Positions 35,833 through 47,984 of a stretch of DNA of 64,000 bases are shown here, piece by piece. A model generated the notes under the pieces. The model made no database searches. It worked only from the letters and a program-made list of their open reading frames with translations, and was not told where the DNA came from. This DNA is from Scenedesmus sp. PABB004 (lineage: Eukaryota), in assembly GCA_014905635.1 (NCBI GenBank), contig JABVCE010000043.1:1-64000 (forward strand), written 5' to 3'. A program made the translations under genes and the position numbers. Each line of letters starts with the position of its first letter. Positions within the stretch are counted from its first letter, which is position 1.

Positions 35833-36433
35833 CCGCTGCCGCCGCCGGCGCCGCTCCCTGGGAGCACAGGCTGCGTGCGCCCCGTGACGACCACGACGCC
35901 ATCTGCGGGCCCCAGTCCGATCAGGTTCCGCAGCGCCGGCGTGATCCGGGTCAGGAGGGAGGAGGAGTCCAGCAGGAAGTCAACGAAACCCAGGCCTGCG
36001 GCAGCGGCGGTGGCGGCGGCGGCGCCCGGTCGGCGGGCGCCGGCGCCCACTGCACCACCCGGCCGCCCCCTGGCGCGGCCGCTCAGCGCACCCACCCTCC
36101 ACGTCGACCGGGACGGTCAGGTAGCGCCGACTGGCCGCCCTGCCTGAGATGGTCAGCCGGAGCGGCAGCCGCACAGCGCGCGCGCGGGCTGCCACGCGCG
36201 CCGCCGCCAGCCGCGCGAGCAGCACCGCGCGCCGGCTGCTGGACGCCGTCCGGCCCTGCTGCCCCGCAGGCTCTGGCTGCTGCGCCTGCTGCGCCTGCTG
36301 CGCCTGCTGCGCCTGCTGCGCCTGCTGCGCCTGCTGCGCCTGCTGCCTGTGTTCTGCAGCCGCGGCCTGCAGCGCCGCCGCTGCGGCCTGGCCGGGCGAG
36401 GCCGGTGGTGCTGCCACTGCCCCGACCAACGCC

Positions 36434-36493
<60 letters not shown>

Positions 36494-36798
36494 GCGGCGC
36501 CGCTGGGCGGGCCGTCCACCTCGGTGCTGAGGCCTGAGGACGGCTCGCATTGCCCTGCTGAACTTCCAAGCGCACCGTGCTTGCGTAGCAGCTCGATCAG
36601 GGCAACCTCCGGCAGCGCCGCCAGGGCGGCGGCCTCCTGCCGCAGGAGCTGCCGCCGCGCTCGCTGCTGCTGCCGCGCTCGTTGCTGCTGCTGCTCAGGC
36701 TGCACGGAGCACCTCAAGGGCAGCCTCAGGCGCGCGCGCCGCGGACCCGGGCCTGCCAGGGGCCGGGGCAGGCCTCGGCAGGCGAGGGCGGCCATCAT
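34635..36798 (-). CDS. Twin-domain retropepsin-like (aspartyl protease fold) protein with transit peptide; catalytic motifs degenerate
   Basis: YLTVPVDVEG..VDFLLDSSS..GGLLGVQLLRCFELDVDF; second lobe IVLPVSLAG..AGVLDLSAATSLIDW..MVIGADVW. Introns near 35996-36095 and 35520-35625. Confidence 0.65.
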
Positions 36799-37096
36799 GC
36801 CCGCGGCCGCTGCTTCCGCCGCGCCGGGCGCCCGCCCGCCGCCTGAGCGCCCCGCGCGCGCTCCCTGCGTGCTGCCAAGCGGAACAGACCACCAGGTCCG
36901 CAGCCGCCGCCGTCTGCCCGGCTACGGCGGCGGGGGCGTGCGGGGCGCGGGTCGCCGCTGCCGCTGCCGCTGGCGCGCGTGCGGCGGCCGGGGAATCGTG
37001 GGGCGGCTGGGTGTGGCGCTGCTGACGAGGTCGGTGGCTGTGTGCGGCGAACGACGGCAGCGGTTCAGGGCGCGCAGAGCCCCGCGCGCGGTTCAG
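36682..37096 (-). repeat. Dispersed repeat copy 2 of the upstream/5'UTR/transit-peptide module
   Basis: Reverse complement aligns with 14501-14920. Confidence 0.92.
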
Positions 37097-37160
37097 GTGA
37101 GCCCCGGAGCGCAGCACGGTCGCAAAGCCAGTCACAGTGCCGCGCGCCCTCACGCGCGCG

Positions 37161-40100
37161 TCAGAGCGTGCCCACCGTGATGCCCATCAGGCCCAGCGCG
37201 ACGGCGACGAGCGCGAGCCCCGCCCACCAGGACTTTCCGCTCGACATCACCACGCCCTGCTCCCGGAACCCCGACTTGCGCGACAGCAGCAGCGGCGCGC
37301 CGAGCTCGGCGCCGGGCTCGGCGCCGCCGCCGCCGCCGGCCTCCGCCGCCGCCTCGCCCGCGCCCGCGAGGCCGCCGCTGCTGGCGCCGCCGGCGCCGGC
37401 GGCGCGCTTGATGATGCTTGCCTGCATCAGCAGGAGGCCGGGCAGCAGGAACACGATCACCGCCGCCGCGGAGCCGCCGACGAGGTGCAGCACGACGCCC
37501 AGGTCCGACACCGCCATCGCGGTGCCGACCGTGGAGCCGACAAACGCGGTCGTCAGGCTCGCCGACGCCCAGCGCGGCAGCGGGCGCACGTCCGCGACAG
37601 CGTCGGCCAGGTCCTGCGCGGCGCGCCCGGCGCGGCGGCGGCGGCGGCTCGGCCCCGCGCCGCGCGCGGCGCCGCGCGCGGCTGCGCGCGCGGCTGCGCG
37701 CGGCGCCCGCACCTCCCAGGCGAGGCGCGCGGGGTGGTGGTTCAGGGGGTAGGAGCTGCAGCACACCGCGCCGATCGCGGCGCGCGCGACCTGCGCGCGC
37801 GGCGGGCGGGCGGGCGCTGAGCGCGCTGAGCGCGCGGCGCAACGCACGTGCACGGCCGCGCGCTGCCGCCGCGCGGCCCCCGCCCGCGCCCCCCGCCCCG
37901 CGGCGCGCCTGGATCGCGACGTCGTTTAGGGGGAAGGCGTTGAGGATGTTGCCGCTGACCTCGGTCGGGAACGCGAGGTAGCCTGGCGGGGTTTCGGGGT
38001 TCAAGGGGTTTAGGAAGGTCGAGGGGTTTAGGGGTTTAGGAAGGTCGACAGGGTTTAGGTCTTGGGACGGGCGGCGGCCGCGCCCCCCAAAGACCCCGAC
38101 CCGCTGGGCTGAGGGCACCGTCAGCCCAGCGCGCGCGCCGCGCGCGCGGCGCGCACCCGTGACGCCGACCGCGGTGTAACAGGCGAGCATGACGGCGCTG
38201 TAGGCGATGATGGCGCCCAGCATGCCGATCAGCTGGCGGCGGCGGCGGGGTGGGGCGGCGGGTGAGGCGGGGCGGGCGGGGCGGGCGGGCAGGCGGGCAG
38301 GCGCGCTGCAGAGCGAGAGGCGGGCGCCGCGCTCGCCGGCCGCGGCGCGGGCGCGCGCGCGCCTTGTAGGTGCTGGGCCGCGGCGCGAGCGCCGCGCGCC
38401 CGCCGCGGCCGGCGAGCGCGGCGTAGTGCCCGGGGCTGTCGGGCAGCGCGGGCACCAGGACATGGGGGAAGTGCTCCAGCTCGGCAAACACGCCCACCTG
38501 CGCGCGCGCGTGTGTGACGCGCGCGCGTGTGCGACATGTGTGTGTCGCCGTGTGTGTCGCCGTGCTGGGGCCCAGCGCGGGCCGGCGCGGCAGGCCAGCG
38601 CAGGCCGGCGGGGTGGCGGGCGGCGCGCCGGCGCCGCAGCAGCCCCGGGGGCGCGCCCCGCGCGCGCGCGCCCCCGCCGCCGCACCACATTGGCGTGGCA
38701 GTTGAAGCCGAACACCACGATGGCCACCGCGTACAGCGACAGCGCGTCGACGGGGCGCCACACCGACACGCCGTCCCAGGGGTCGGCCCGCGCGGCCGCG
38801 GCCTGCACGCCGCGCACCGAGACCGCGACTGAGGTGTAGATGAAGGCAACCACCGCGGCGCCGCTCACCTTGTCTGCGCGGACCGCCGGCGGCGGCGCCG
38901 GCGCCGGCGAGCGGGCGTGCGCGGGCGCGTGTCGGCGCAGCGCGCGCAGGCGCGCCCGACCCGGCCGCGCCCGGCCCGGCCGCGCGGCCGCGCGCGCACC
39001 GAGGGCGGAGAGGCTGCGCGGGAAGCAGAGCGGCAGCAGCGCGGCGCCGACGGCGGCGAGCAGGCACGTGCGGTCGCTCGTCCACGCGCCGGGGCCGAGG
39101 TACTGCGTGCTGAGGCTGGTGAACGTGTCGCCCACGACCACCTGGCGCCGCGCGGCGGCGGCGGCGCACGTCGGCGGACGGCGGCGGCCGCGCGCGGCGG
39201 CGGCGCGCCGGCACGGCACACGTCGGCGGACAGCGGCGGCGACGACGGCCGCGCGCGGCGCTGCGGTGCGCGGCGCGGCGCGCTGCGGTGCGCGGATGGG
39301 GCAGCAACCGCGCACCAAATAGGCCACCGAGCTCCCCATAGATATATCACGGTCACCGCAGCGAGCGCGCCGCCGGTCTTGCGCCCGAGCGCGCGGCGGA
39401 TGAGCGTGCCGTAGCTGGGCGCGTCGTAGCGCTCGGCAAACTGCGGCGCGTGGGCGGCGCGGCGCGTGGGCGCGCGCGGGCGGCACCGGCGGTCGGCGGC
39501 GCTGGCGGCGGGCGGTGGCCGCGCTGGCTGCGGCGCGCGGCGCTCCGGCGCGCGGCGTCCCGCGCCCGGCGTCTCAGCGTCCTGTGCCCCGCGGCGCCCC
39601 CCTGGCGCCCCCCTGGGGGGCCGCGCCTTGGCGAGGACGTAGAGCGTGAATGCCTCGACCGACGACACGGCGGCAAAGAGCAGCAGCGCGCCGCCCAGCC
39701 CGCAGCACCGCACGGCAAAGGGCAGCCCCAGCACGCCCGCGCCGATCGCGGTGTTGCACAGCGTCGCGACGGACGATAGGCTGCTCGCGCCGCCCGCCGC
39801 GGCGAGCAGGTGCTCCGCGTTGCCGGCGACGGACGCGAGGTCGCTCGCCGACGCGGCGCGCAGCTCCTGCACCAGCGGGCGCGGCGCGATGGGGCGCGGC
39901 CTGCGGCGGCGAGTGGGAGTGAGAGCGCACCCCACAGGCCAAGTTGGACGAGCAGCCGCGAGGGGGGGGGGGGACGGACACTGGCCCCGGCAGCGGGGCG
40001 CAGCGGCGGCACCGGGTGCCGACCGGCGCTTTCGGCCGACGGTGCCCCCAGCTGCGCGTGGAGCGCGGCGCGGGGGGGGGGGGGGGGGGGGGGGGCTAGT

Positions 40101-40191
40101 CCCGCCCAGGCGCGCACCGCGGGTTGTAGAACGCCCCGGACGCCACGCCCGCCGCCGGCTGCGGCTGCTGCTGCTGCTCCTCGTCCGCCAT
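37161..40191 (-). CDS. Amino-acid transporter, Aa_trans (AVT6/SLC38-like), multi-exon
   Basis: SSVATLCNTAIGAGVLGLPFA, SYGTLIRRALG, LLPLCFPRSLSAL, IVVFGFNCHANV, VGVTGYLAF..VSGNILNAFP, SYPLNHHPAR, LVGGSAAAVIVFLLPG. Confidence 0.9.
37988..38059. repeat. Degenerate interstitial telomere-like (TTTAGGG-type) repeats in an intron
   Basis: ggggtttcggggttcaaggggtttaggaaggtcgaggggtttaggggtttaggaaggtcgacagggtttagg. Confidence 0.7.
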
Positions 40192-40658
40192 CGCTGCCAC
40201 GCTCTCCTTCGCGGCCAGCCGCCCCGTCCCGGCCGACGACCAGCCCGCGCACGGCCTCCCCCTGGAGAGAGCGGGGCGGCCGCGACACAGAGGGCGAGCG
40301 AGCGGCGCGGGAGCAGCGCGGGAGCGAGCGGCGGCGGGGCGGCGTGGCCTGGCGACGGGTTGCACCGTCCGGGAGGCTCGGCAGGGCCTGCCACGCACGC
40401 CAGGGCAACGACTAGGCGTGCACCGCGGTTGAGGGTTCTTCAGGTTTCACAGTGGCCGTTCGCCCGGCCGCGCACGTGCCCGCGCGACACGATGATGCAC
40501 GCGCGCGTTTGATGTGCGCACGCAAGAATAGAAACGCCCCCCTCCCATACCTCGCCCCGCCCCGCATGCTTGCCGCCCGCGTGCTGGCCCGCCGCCGCCG
40601 GCCGCGCGCGCCGGCCGCCGCCCCGCGGCGCCCCGCCCCCTGCGCTCGCCCCTGGGGG

Positions 40659-41484
40659 TCAGTAGCGCGCCACGTGGGGCGGCTCTGCCGGGAACGCCCC
40701 GCCGGCGTGGTGCTGCTGGCGCGGCGGCCCGACCGAGGGCATCAGGCCCAGCCCTGCCGCGGGATACCCGGGCGCGGGCGGCGGCGCCGGCGCGCCAGCG
40801 TGCGGCGCCGGCGCGCCGTACGGTGCCGGCGCGCCGTACGCTGACATGCCGTACGACGGCGCGCCGCCCACGACGGGCGCCATCTGCGGCGGCGGCGGCG
40901 GCGCGGGTCGGCGCGGGTCGGCTGCCGCGCGCCGCCCGGCCCGGCCCGGCGCCGCCGCGCGCGGCGGGCGCGCCGCCGCGCGCCTGGATGCCGTGCGGCG
41001 GCGGGGCGCCGTAGTAGGCCGACTTGGGGTTTTGGGCGCAGCAGCAGAAGTAGGTGCAGGGCAGCCAGCTCAGCAGGGCGATGAAGAGCCAGCCGAGGCC
41101 CCAGACCGCCGCAGGGGCGCGCAGGCACGCGGCGTTGGCGTTGGCGCACACCGCCGCGGCCGCGCGCTGCTCTGGGATGCGCGTGTCGAGGCAGGCCCAG
41201 CCCCGCCTGCCGGGCGGGCGGGCGGGCGGTGGCGGCGGCGGCGGCGGCGTGGGCGGGGCGGCCCCGCGCTGGCCGCCGCAGCCGCGCAGCCGCGCGCGGC
41301 GCGCCGCCCGCCGCCGCTCACCCGTGGTCGGCGCGCACACGCAGCGCCGGTAGCGCGTGACGCACTTCTTCACCTCGACGACGCCTGGAACCCACAGCGC
41401 GACGCCGACGACCAAGCACACCGCCACCGCCGCCCAGGCTAGGCGGTTCGGCCGCGTGCCGCAGCCCCAGTAGCAGCCAGCCAT
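40659..41484 (-). CDS. Small two-TM Cys-rich membrane protein with Pro/Gly/Tyr-rich tail, 3 exons
   Basis: MAGCYWGCG, TM1, Cys-rich loop, TM2 ending LPCTYFCCC, then YGAPPP/YGAPAP repeats. Confidence 0.68.
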
Positions 41485-42082
41485 CGAAATAGGAACCAAG
41501 AGTCTCCTAGTCGGAACCAGGAGTCTCCTAGCGACTAGCGCGGGCCGCCACGCCCGCGCCCACCTGGCCGCGGGGCGCCCGCGGGTCACCGCCGCTGCTC
41601 GCGCCGCGCCGGTGCCGCCGCGCCGCCGCCGCAGCCGACCTTGCCCCACGCTCCCGCAAGCCGCCCTACTGCTCCCGGGCCAGCCGCCGCGCACGGCGGG
41701 GCCCGCGCCTGGCGGCGGCGGCGGCGGTGGCGCAGGTGCTCGGCAGCGGCAGCGGTGCGCGCGGGCCGGCGCGTGACGGTGTGGCGCCTTGTCGCGGAGG
41801 TGCGCCGCAGCGTTTCCGGCAGACGGCTGTGGAGATCGCGACTACGGCTTACCGGCGGTCGGCGGCGCGCGACAAGCGCGCGCCCCCTGGCCTTCCCCTT
41901 TGCTGCCCTGGGCAGACACGGTCCATGCGGACTGCTCACAGCGCCGACCGATCCCCCCCGCCATCTTTCCGCCTGGGCCTCCCCTCGAGCAACCGCCACC
42001 GCCGCTGCCGCTGCCGCTGCCGCCGCCGCCGCCGCCGCTGCCGCCGCCGCTGGCACGAGGCCGCGTCTGCTAGCCGGGAGGG

Positions 42083-44342
42083 ATGGGCGGCGCGCCGCCG
42101 GCGCGGCGGCAGTGCCGCGTGGTGCGTGCGTGCCCGCCTGGCCGCGCCGCAGCGCCGTTCCCCGCTGCGCAGTGTGCGACGCCGCCGGGCGGCCGCACGC
42201 TCGCAGGCGGTCGTCGGCGCCGGCGCCGCCGGCCTCGTGGCGGCGCGCGAGCTGCGGCGCGAGGGGCACGAGGTGGTGGTGTTTGAGGCGCAGGCGGAGC
42301 TCGGCGGCACGTGGGTCTACACTGATGAGGTGCGCGCCCGCCGCGACCAGCGCGCCCGGCGCGCTGGTCGGCCGGCGCCCGCGCGAGCCTCGCCGCGCCG
42401 CGCCGCGCCGCGCGACGCCGCGCCGCGCCGTGCGGCAGGTCGAGAGCGACGAGCTGGGCGCCGACCCCGCGCGCCGGCGCGTGCACTCGAGCATGTACCA
42501 AGGCGCGCCACCAGCGCGCCGCGCCGCACCCGCGCCGCCGCCGCCAGGGGCGGGCCGCCGGCCCACCGCCCGCCGCGCGCCGCCGGCCGGCGCGCCCCGC
42601 AGGGCTGACGACCAACCTCCCGCGCACCATCATGGGCTTTGCCGCGCTGCCCTTCACGCCGTCCGCGATGCGCGCCGCCGGGGTGGCCAGCGTGGACGGC
42701 CGCATGTACCCGTGTGCCGAGGAGGTGCTCGCCTACCTGCACGCATACGCACAGCGCTATGACCTGGCGCCGCTGGTGCGCTTCAACGCCCGCATCACGC
42801 GCGCAGCGCCGCTGCGCGGCGGCGGCGGCGGCGCCGGCGCCGCCGGCGCCGCGCCGCCGCCGTGGCCGCGCTGGCGCGTCGAGTGGAGCGCGCCGGGCGG
42901 CGGCGGCGCCGAGGACTTTGACGCGCTTGTCGTCGCCAACGGGCACTACAGCGAGCCGCACCTGCCGGAGCCGCTCCCCGGCGCGGCCGCGTTCCCGGGC
43001 GCCGTGCTGCACAGCCACTCGTTCCGCCGCGCGGAGCGCTTTGCGGGCCAGGTCGTGGCCGTGGTCGGCGCGTCGTTCTCAGGCGCGGCCGGGGCTGCCG
43101 CCGGGCCTGGCCGCGCGCGGGGCGGGCGCCGGCGGGGCGCGGCGCGCGCCCCGCGCGGCCGCGGCGGCTGCGCGGCCACGCCTGCTCGCCCGCCCGCCTG
43201 CAGGCCTCGACATCGCGCGCCTGGTCGCGGCGCACGCGGCGGGCGTGATCGTGTGCGCGCGCGAGTGGCGCACGCCGCGTGACCTCGCGCGCGCGTCGGC
43301 GCGCCTCGGCCTCGGCGCCGCCGGCGCGCCGGGCGCGGCGCCGATTGAGGCGCGCGGCATGATCACAGCGCTCACGCCCGCGGGTGCGCGCGGCACGCCC
43401 CGCGCGTGGCGTTGAGACTGAGCGCGCCGCCGCGCCGCCCCGCGCCGCCCCACGCCGCCGCCGCCGCGCCCACGCGCGCGCGCGCAGGCGGCGCCGAGTT
43501 TGCGGCGGGCGCGGGCGCGGCGCGGGTGGACGCCGTCATTTTGGCCACGGGCTATGAGTATGAAGTGCCCTTCCTCGACCTGCCGGCCCTGGGGCTGAGC
43601 GCGGCGGGGCAGCGGGTGGCGCCCCTGTTCCAACACATGTTTGCCCCAGGCGCGGCTGGGTGCACCGCGCCGCGCCTCCGCGCCCGCCGCCGCGCCCGCC
43701 CGCGGCGCCGCGCGCTCTCTGCGCTGCGCTCCTGGGTCTCGGCCCTCTCAAACCCTGTCATTCCTCTCCCAAAACCTCCGTAGGCCTCGGCCCCGGCCTC
43801 GCATTCATCGGCCTCCCGTGGCGCGTCGTGCCGTTCCCGCTCTTTGAGTTGCAGTCGAACCTATGCGCGCGGTGCGCGCCCCGCGGCGCCGGCGCGCCGG
43901 GCGCGCGCGCAGGCGCCGAACGACGCACCCGGCCGCCGCCGCGTCCGCCGCCGCCGCAGGCTGCTGTCGGGCCGCGCGTCGCTGCCGCCCGCGGACGAGA
44001 TGGCGGCGTGGGCCGCCGCGCACGCGGCGAGCCTGGCCGCCGAGGGGCTGCCGCCGTCGCGCACGTGCGGGACGCGCACCTGCGCGGCCCGCCCCGCCCC
44101 GCCTGGCCCCGCCCGGGCCCGCGCGGGCCCGCCTGACGCCGGCCGGCCGCTGCCGCGCTTGCGCCTGCGCGCACAGGCACTACCTGGACCACAAGCAGCT
44201 CACATACCACGCGTGGCTGGCGCGGCGCTGCGGGCGCGGGGTGACTGCGCTGTCGGGCTGGCGGGCGGTCGTGCTGCACGGCTTCTGGGTCTGGCGCTGG
44301 CTGCTCGCGGCCGCGGCGCGCCTGCGCCGGCGGCGGCGCTGA
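42083..44342 (+). CDS. Flavin-containing monooxygenase (FMO, GS-OX-like clade), multi-exon
   Basis: VAVVGAGAAGL (FAD), LGGTWVY, HSSMYQGLTTNLP, VVANGHYSEP, FPGAVLHSHSFR (FMO motif), VVGASFSGLDI (NADPH), VILATGY. Confidence 0.93.
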
Positions 44343-44552
44343 AGTGGCTGGCCGCGCAGCGGCGGGGAGGGGCTGCTGCTGGCGGCCGGGGGCGGGCGCG
44401 GCCAGCTGGCGGCAGGGCCGGCGGCGGCGGCGGAGCGCAGCGCGCCGCAATTGCAACTCGCGCTCGCTCAACTCTCGGCTGCATCAGCGCACGCGCCGCC
44501 CGCGCAGCCGCGGCGGCGACCGCCGCAGGCGCTGCAGCTGCCGCCGCCGCGG

Positions 44553-47500
44553 CTAGTGCCGGTCACTGCGCCGCTTCTTCTTCTTGCCCTGCTGCCCGTC
44601 CGCCTGCAGGCCGAGGTGGTGGTGCTCCGCGGCCAGCGCGAGGCCCTCCAGGTGCTTGCTGGCGGCGGCCCCCTCGGCAGCCTCGTCATCCGCCGCCTCC
44701 TGCGTGGACACGCCGCGCCGTCGCCGCTTGCCGCCGGCCGCCGCTGCCGCCAGCGCCTTGGCGCCGCGCGCCTGGCCGCGCCGGCCGGCGCCACCCTCCA
44801 GCGTCTGCAGCTGCTGGGTGTGCCGCTGCTGCTGCTGCTGCTGCTCGCCCCCCTCGCCTGCGCTGCCCCCGCTGCCCTCGCTGCCCTCCTGCTGCTGCTG
44901 CTCTTCCTCCGCCTCCTCCTCCTCGCCCTCGCCCTCCTCCGCCGCCTCCTCCTCCTCCTCCTGCTCCTGCTCCTGCTCCTGCTCCTCCTCCTCCGGCTGG
45001 GCCTGCCGGCGCTTCTTCTTGCTCGTGGCCCCGCGGCCCTGCGCCCCGTCGGCCGCCTCGTCCGCCGCGCCGTCCGCCTCGTCCGCCGCCTCTGCCGCCC
45101 CGCGCTTCTTCTTGCGCTTGCCGCCCCCGCGCTGGCTGCGCCGCGCGGCCTCGGCCACCGCGGCGCGCAGGTCGTGGCGCACATCCGCCGGCAGGTGCTG
45201 CACGATCAGCCGCCAGCGCCGCTTGCACTGCGGGGGCGCGCGCGGCGCGGGGTGGCCCCGCCGCGGCGCCAGCCGCGCAGCGGCCCGCGGCGCGCGGCAC
45301 GCAGCGCCCCGCCGCGCGCGCGCACCTGCTCCGCGCTGCGCCCCTGCACGAGGGAGTCCCAGTCGACCTGCCACTCGTGCTCCGCGCCGCTGGCGGTCAG
45401 CGAGGCAATGAGCTCCGCGTCCTGCCCGACCGCCCAGGCGCCCGACTCAAACATGGTCGGGCCCAGCCCGCACTTGGTCCACTTCTCAGACACCTGCCCG
45501 GGGCGGCGGCGGCGCGCGGCGGACGGGCGCGCTGACGGCCCGCCGCCGCAGGGGCGCCCCTGCGGGAGAGCTGCCGGCAGGCGCGCCGCCCCCGGCCACG
45601 CGCAGCGCTGGCGCCGCAAGGCGCGCGCGCTGGCGCCGCCGCACCTGCTTGCTCGTGCGCGTGCCCATCTGGCTGCTCACCCACGCCCAGTCAATGTCTG
45701 CCAGCGTCTGCGCGGCGGCGGCCGGGGGCATGGGCGCGCGAGCGCGGCGGCACAGGCGCCGCGCGGCCGACGGGGCCCCCGAGCCGCCCCGCGCGGCGCC
45801 GGCGGCGCGCCGCCGCACCAGGGTCGCGACCGCCCGCGGTGCGACGCCGTCGTCCGGCAGCAGCGACTTGGCGATGCGCCGCGGCGCGCCGCCCTGCCCT
45901 CGCATGGCGTCCTGGTACGACGCCACAAGGCTCTGCAGCATGTCCACCTCGGCCTGCGTCCAGGGGCCTGGCGGCGCGGCAGCGCCGGCCGAGTCGGCGC
46001 GGCGGCGCGGCGGCGGCGGCGGCGGCGGCGCGGCGCGGCGCGCCCGGCAGCGCCCCGCAGCGCGCGGCACGCGGCGCGCTGCTGGGGCGCGGCCGCGCGG
46101 CGCGCACCCGAGTTTTTGGGTTTGCCATAGTTGAGGTCGCGCGCGCGGCCGCGCGCCGCCTGCTCCGCGCGGCCCAGGCGCGCGCCGATCTCCTTCCAGC
46201 GCGGCCCCAGCTCGCCGTACAGCGCCACCAGGCGCGCGTCCTCGTCCGCGGTCCACTTGCCCTGCGCGGCGCAGCGGCGCAGGCGTCGCGGCGGCGCCCG
46301 CGCGCGCCCACGCGCGTCAGCGTGGCGCTGCGTGGCGCCGCCGGCCGCGCGGCCGTCGCACCGTGACTTCCACCAGCGAGTAGTTGGCCCGCACAAAGGC
46401 CCAGACCGCCTTGCGCGTGCGGTGCGGCAGCGCGGCGGAGATGGCGGTGATGGCCCCCTTCTTCTGGCTCGCAGACTTGGGGTCGGTCAGCCACCCGCAC
46501 TCGCCTGCGCCCACCGGCGGCGGCGGCGGCAGAAGCTGGCGGCGCGGCGCGGCGCCTGGTGCGCGACGCGGGCGCAGCGCGGCGCCGGGCAGGCGCCGCG
46601 CGGCGCGGGCGCGCGCCGCACCCTCGCCGAAGGGCAGGCTGCGCTCCGTGGCGTACTCCCGGATCGCGTCCGCGATGGCGGCGCGCTCGTCGGGCGTGAA
46701 GCGGCCGTGCTTGACGTCGGTACGGTTGTAGTCGGCGCGCCAGGAGGAGCTGGCGCGCGGCAACAGCCGCGGCGCGCGCACGTCAGTCGGCGCGCGCGCG
46801 CCAGCGCGCGCGCGGGCGCGCGGCGCGTGCGCGGCCGCCGCTTACGGGTTGGACGCGCGGCCGGGCGTCCCCGTCTGCTCGCTGACCGCGGCGGCCGCGG
46901 CGGCGTCCGCGGCGTCGCCGTCGGGCCCGCCCCGGCGGCGCGCCGCGATGTCGGCGTTGCCCGCCACGCGCGCTGCGGCCGCCGCGGCCAGCGTGCGCGC
47001 GGGCGCGCCCAGCGACGTGTGCCGCGCCGCGCCGGCGGGCTGGAGCTGGCGCGCCTGCGCCTGCTGCGTCGCCGCCGCCACGAGCTGCCGCCGCGCGCCG
47101 CTGATGGGCTGCGGCGCCGCCGGCCGCTGCCCGCGCGGGCCGGCGGCGGCGGCGGCTGCTGCCGCCGCCGCCGTCGCCGCCGCCGCCTGCTGCTCCTCGC
47201 CCGCGGCCTCGCCGGCCTCCTCGCCGGCCTCCTCGGCGGCCGCGCCGGCGCCCTCGGCTGCGGTCGCCTCGGCAGACGGCGCGGCCTCGGTCGCAGTGGG
47301 ACTCCCCGGCGGCTGCCTGAGGCCCACCTTCTTGCCGTCAAAGCTGAAGTCGCTGCGGGCGCGTCGCGCGGGCGCAGCGGTCGCGCGCGGGCGCCGCGAG
47401 CCCAGCGCGGGCAGCGCAGCAGCCGCCGCCGCCGGCGCCGTCGTCGCGCCGCACCTGCTGCCGCGCAGCAGCTCCCGCAGCAGCCCCTCCACGCGCTCCT

Positions 47501-47734
47501 CGTCCAGGCCGTCGTGGCCCTTCTTCGCCAGCCGCTTCAGCACCTTGGGCGCCGCCTGCGGCGGCGGGCCGCGGCGCGACGTCGGCGGCTGCTGCTGCGG
47601 CGCCGCCGACGCCGCCCCCGCCGCGCGCCAGCCCAGGCGCAGCTGTCACGCGCCTTGCTGAGCTTCAACTGGCCGTCCTCCTTGGCCAGCAGCTTGGCCA
47701 GCGCCCGCCCCGCGTCCTTGGCGAGCTCTGCCAT
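44553..47734 (-). CDS. Multi-Myb/SANT DNA-binding protein (Reb1/TTF1/DMTF1-like), multi-exon
   Basis: GRFTPDE, GKWTADEDARLVALYGELGPRWKEIGARLGR, GPWTQAE, IDWAWVSSQMGTRT, VDWDSLVQGRSAEQCKRRW; acidic and Lys-rich tail. Confidence 0.82.
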
Positions 47735-47984
47735 GCCGACCAGCTCGCGTGCGCGCCTGGCACGCCCGCAGCCGGCGCGCCTGGCTCGGAGCTGCCTGGT
47801 TGCGGCAAAGGGCGGTCGTGGGGCTGCGTGCTCAGCGTGTTTGGCATCCGGGGTTCTGCGGTGCGCCTCCGCCGCCGGAGACGGCGCGCGGCGGCGCCAG
47901 TACCACACGGGCGGCCGGTGCCGGCCACACCACCCTCCCGGCGCCCGCTGTGCGCCAGGCTCCGGGTGGAGCGCGCGCCGCCGC

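Noticed and set aside
34635..36798. LTR-retrotransposon protease
   Set aside because: No gag, RT, integrase or LTRs; the gene has introns and a targeting peptide.
14501..37096. The two inverted cassette copies as terminal inverted repeats of a 22-kb transposon
   Set aside because: No transposase or evident target-site duplication; the copies are diverged, each forms the 5' end of a gene, and they enclose ordinary host genes. They could still promote inversion.
41925..42083. Upstream ATG before FMO as a regulatory uORF or N-terminal extension
   Set aside because: Out of frame with the FMO first exon, low complexity, and the TSS is unknown.
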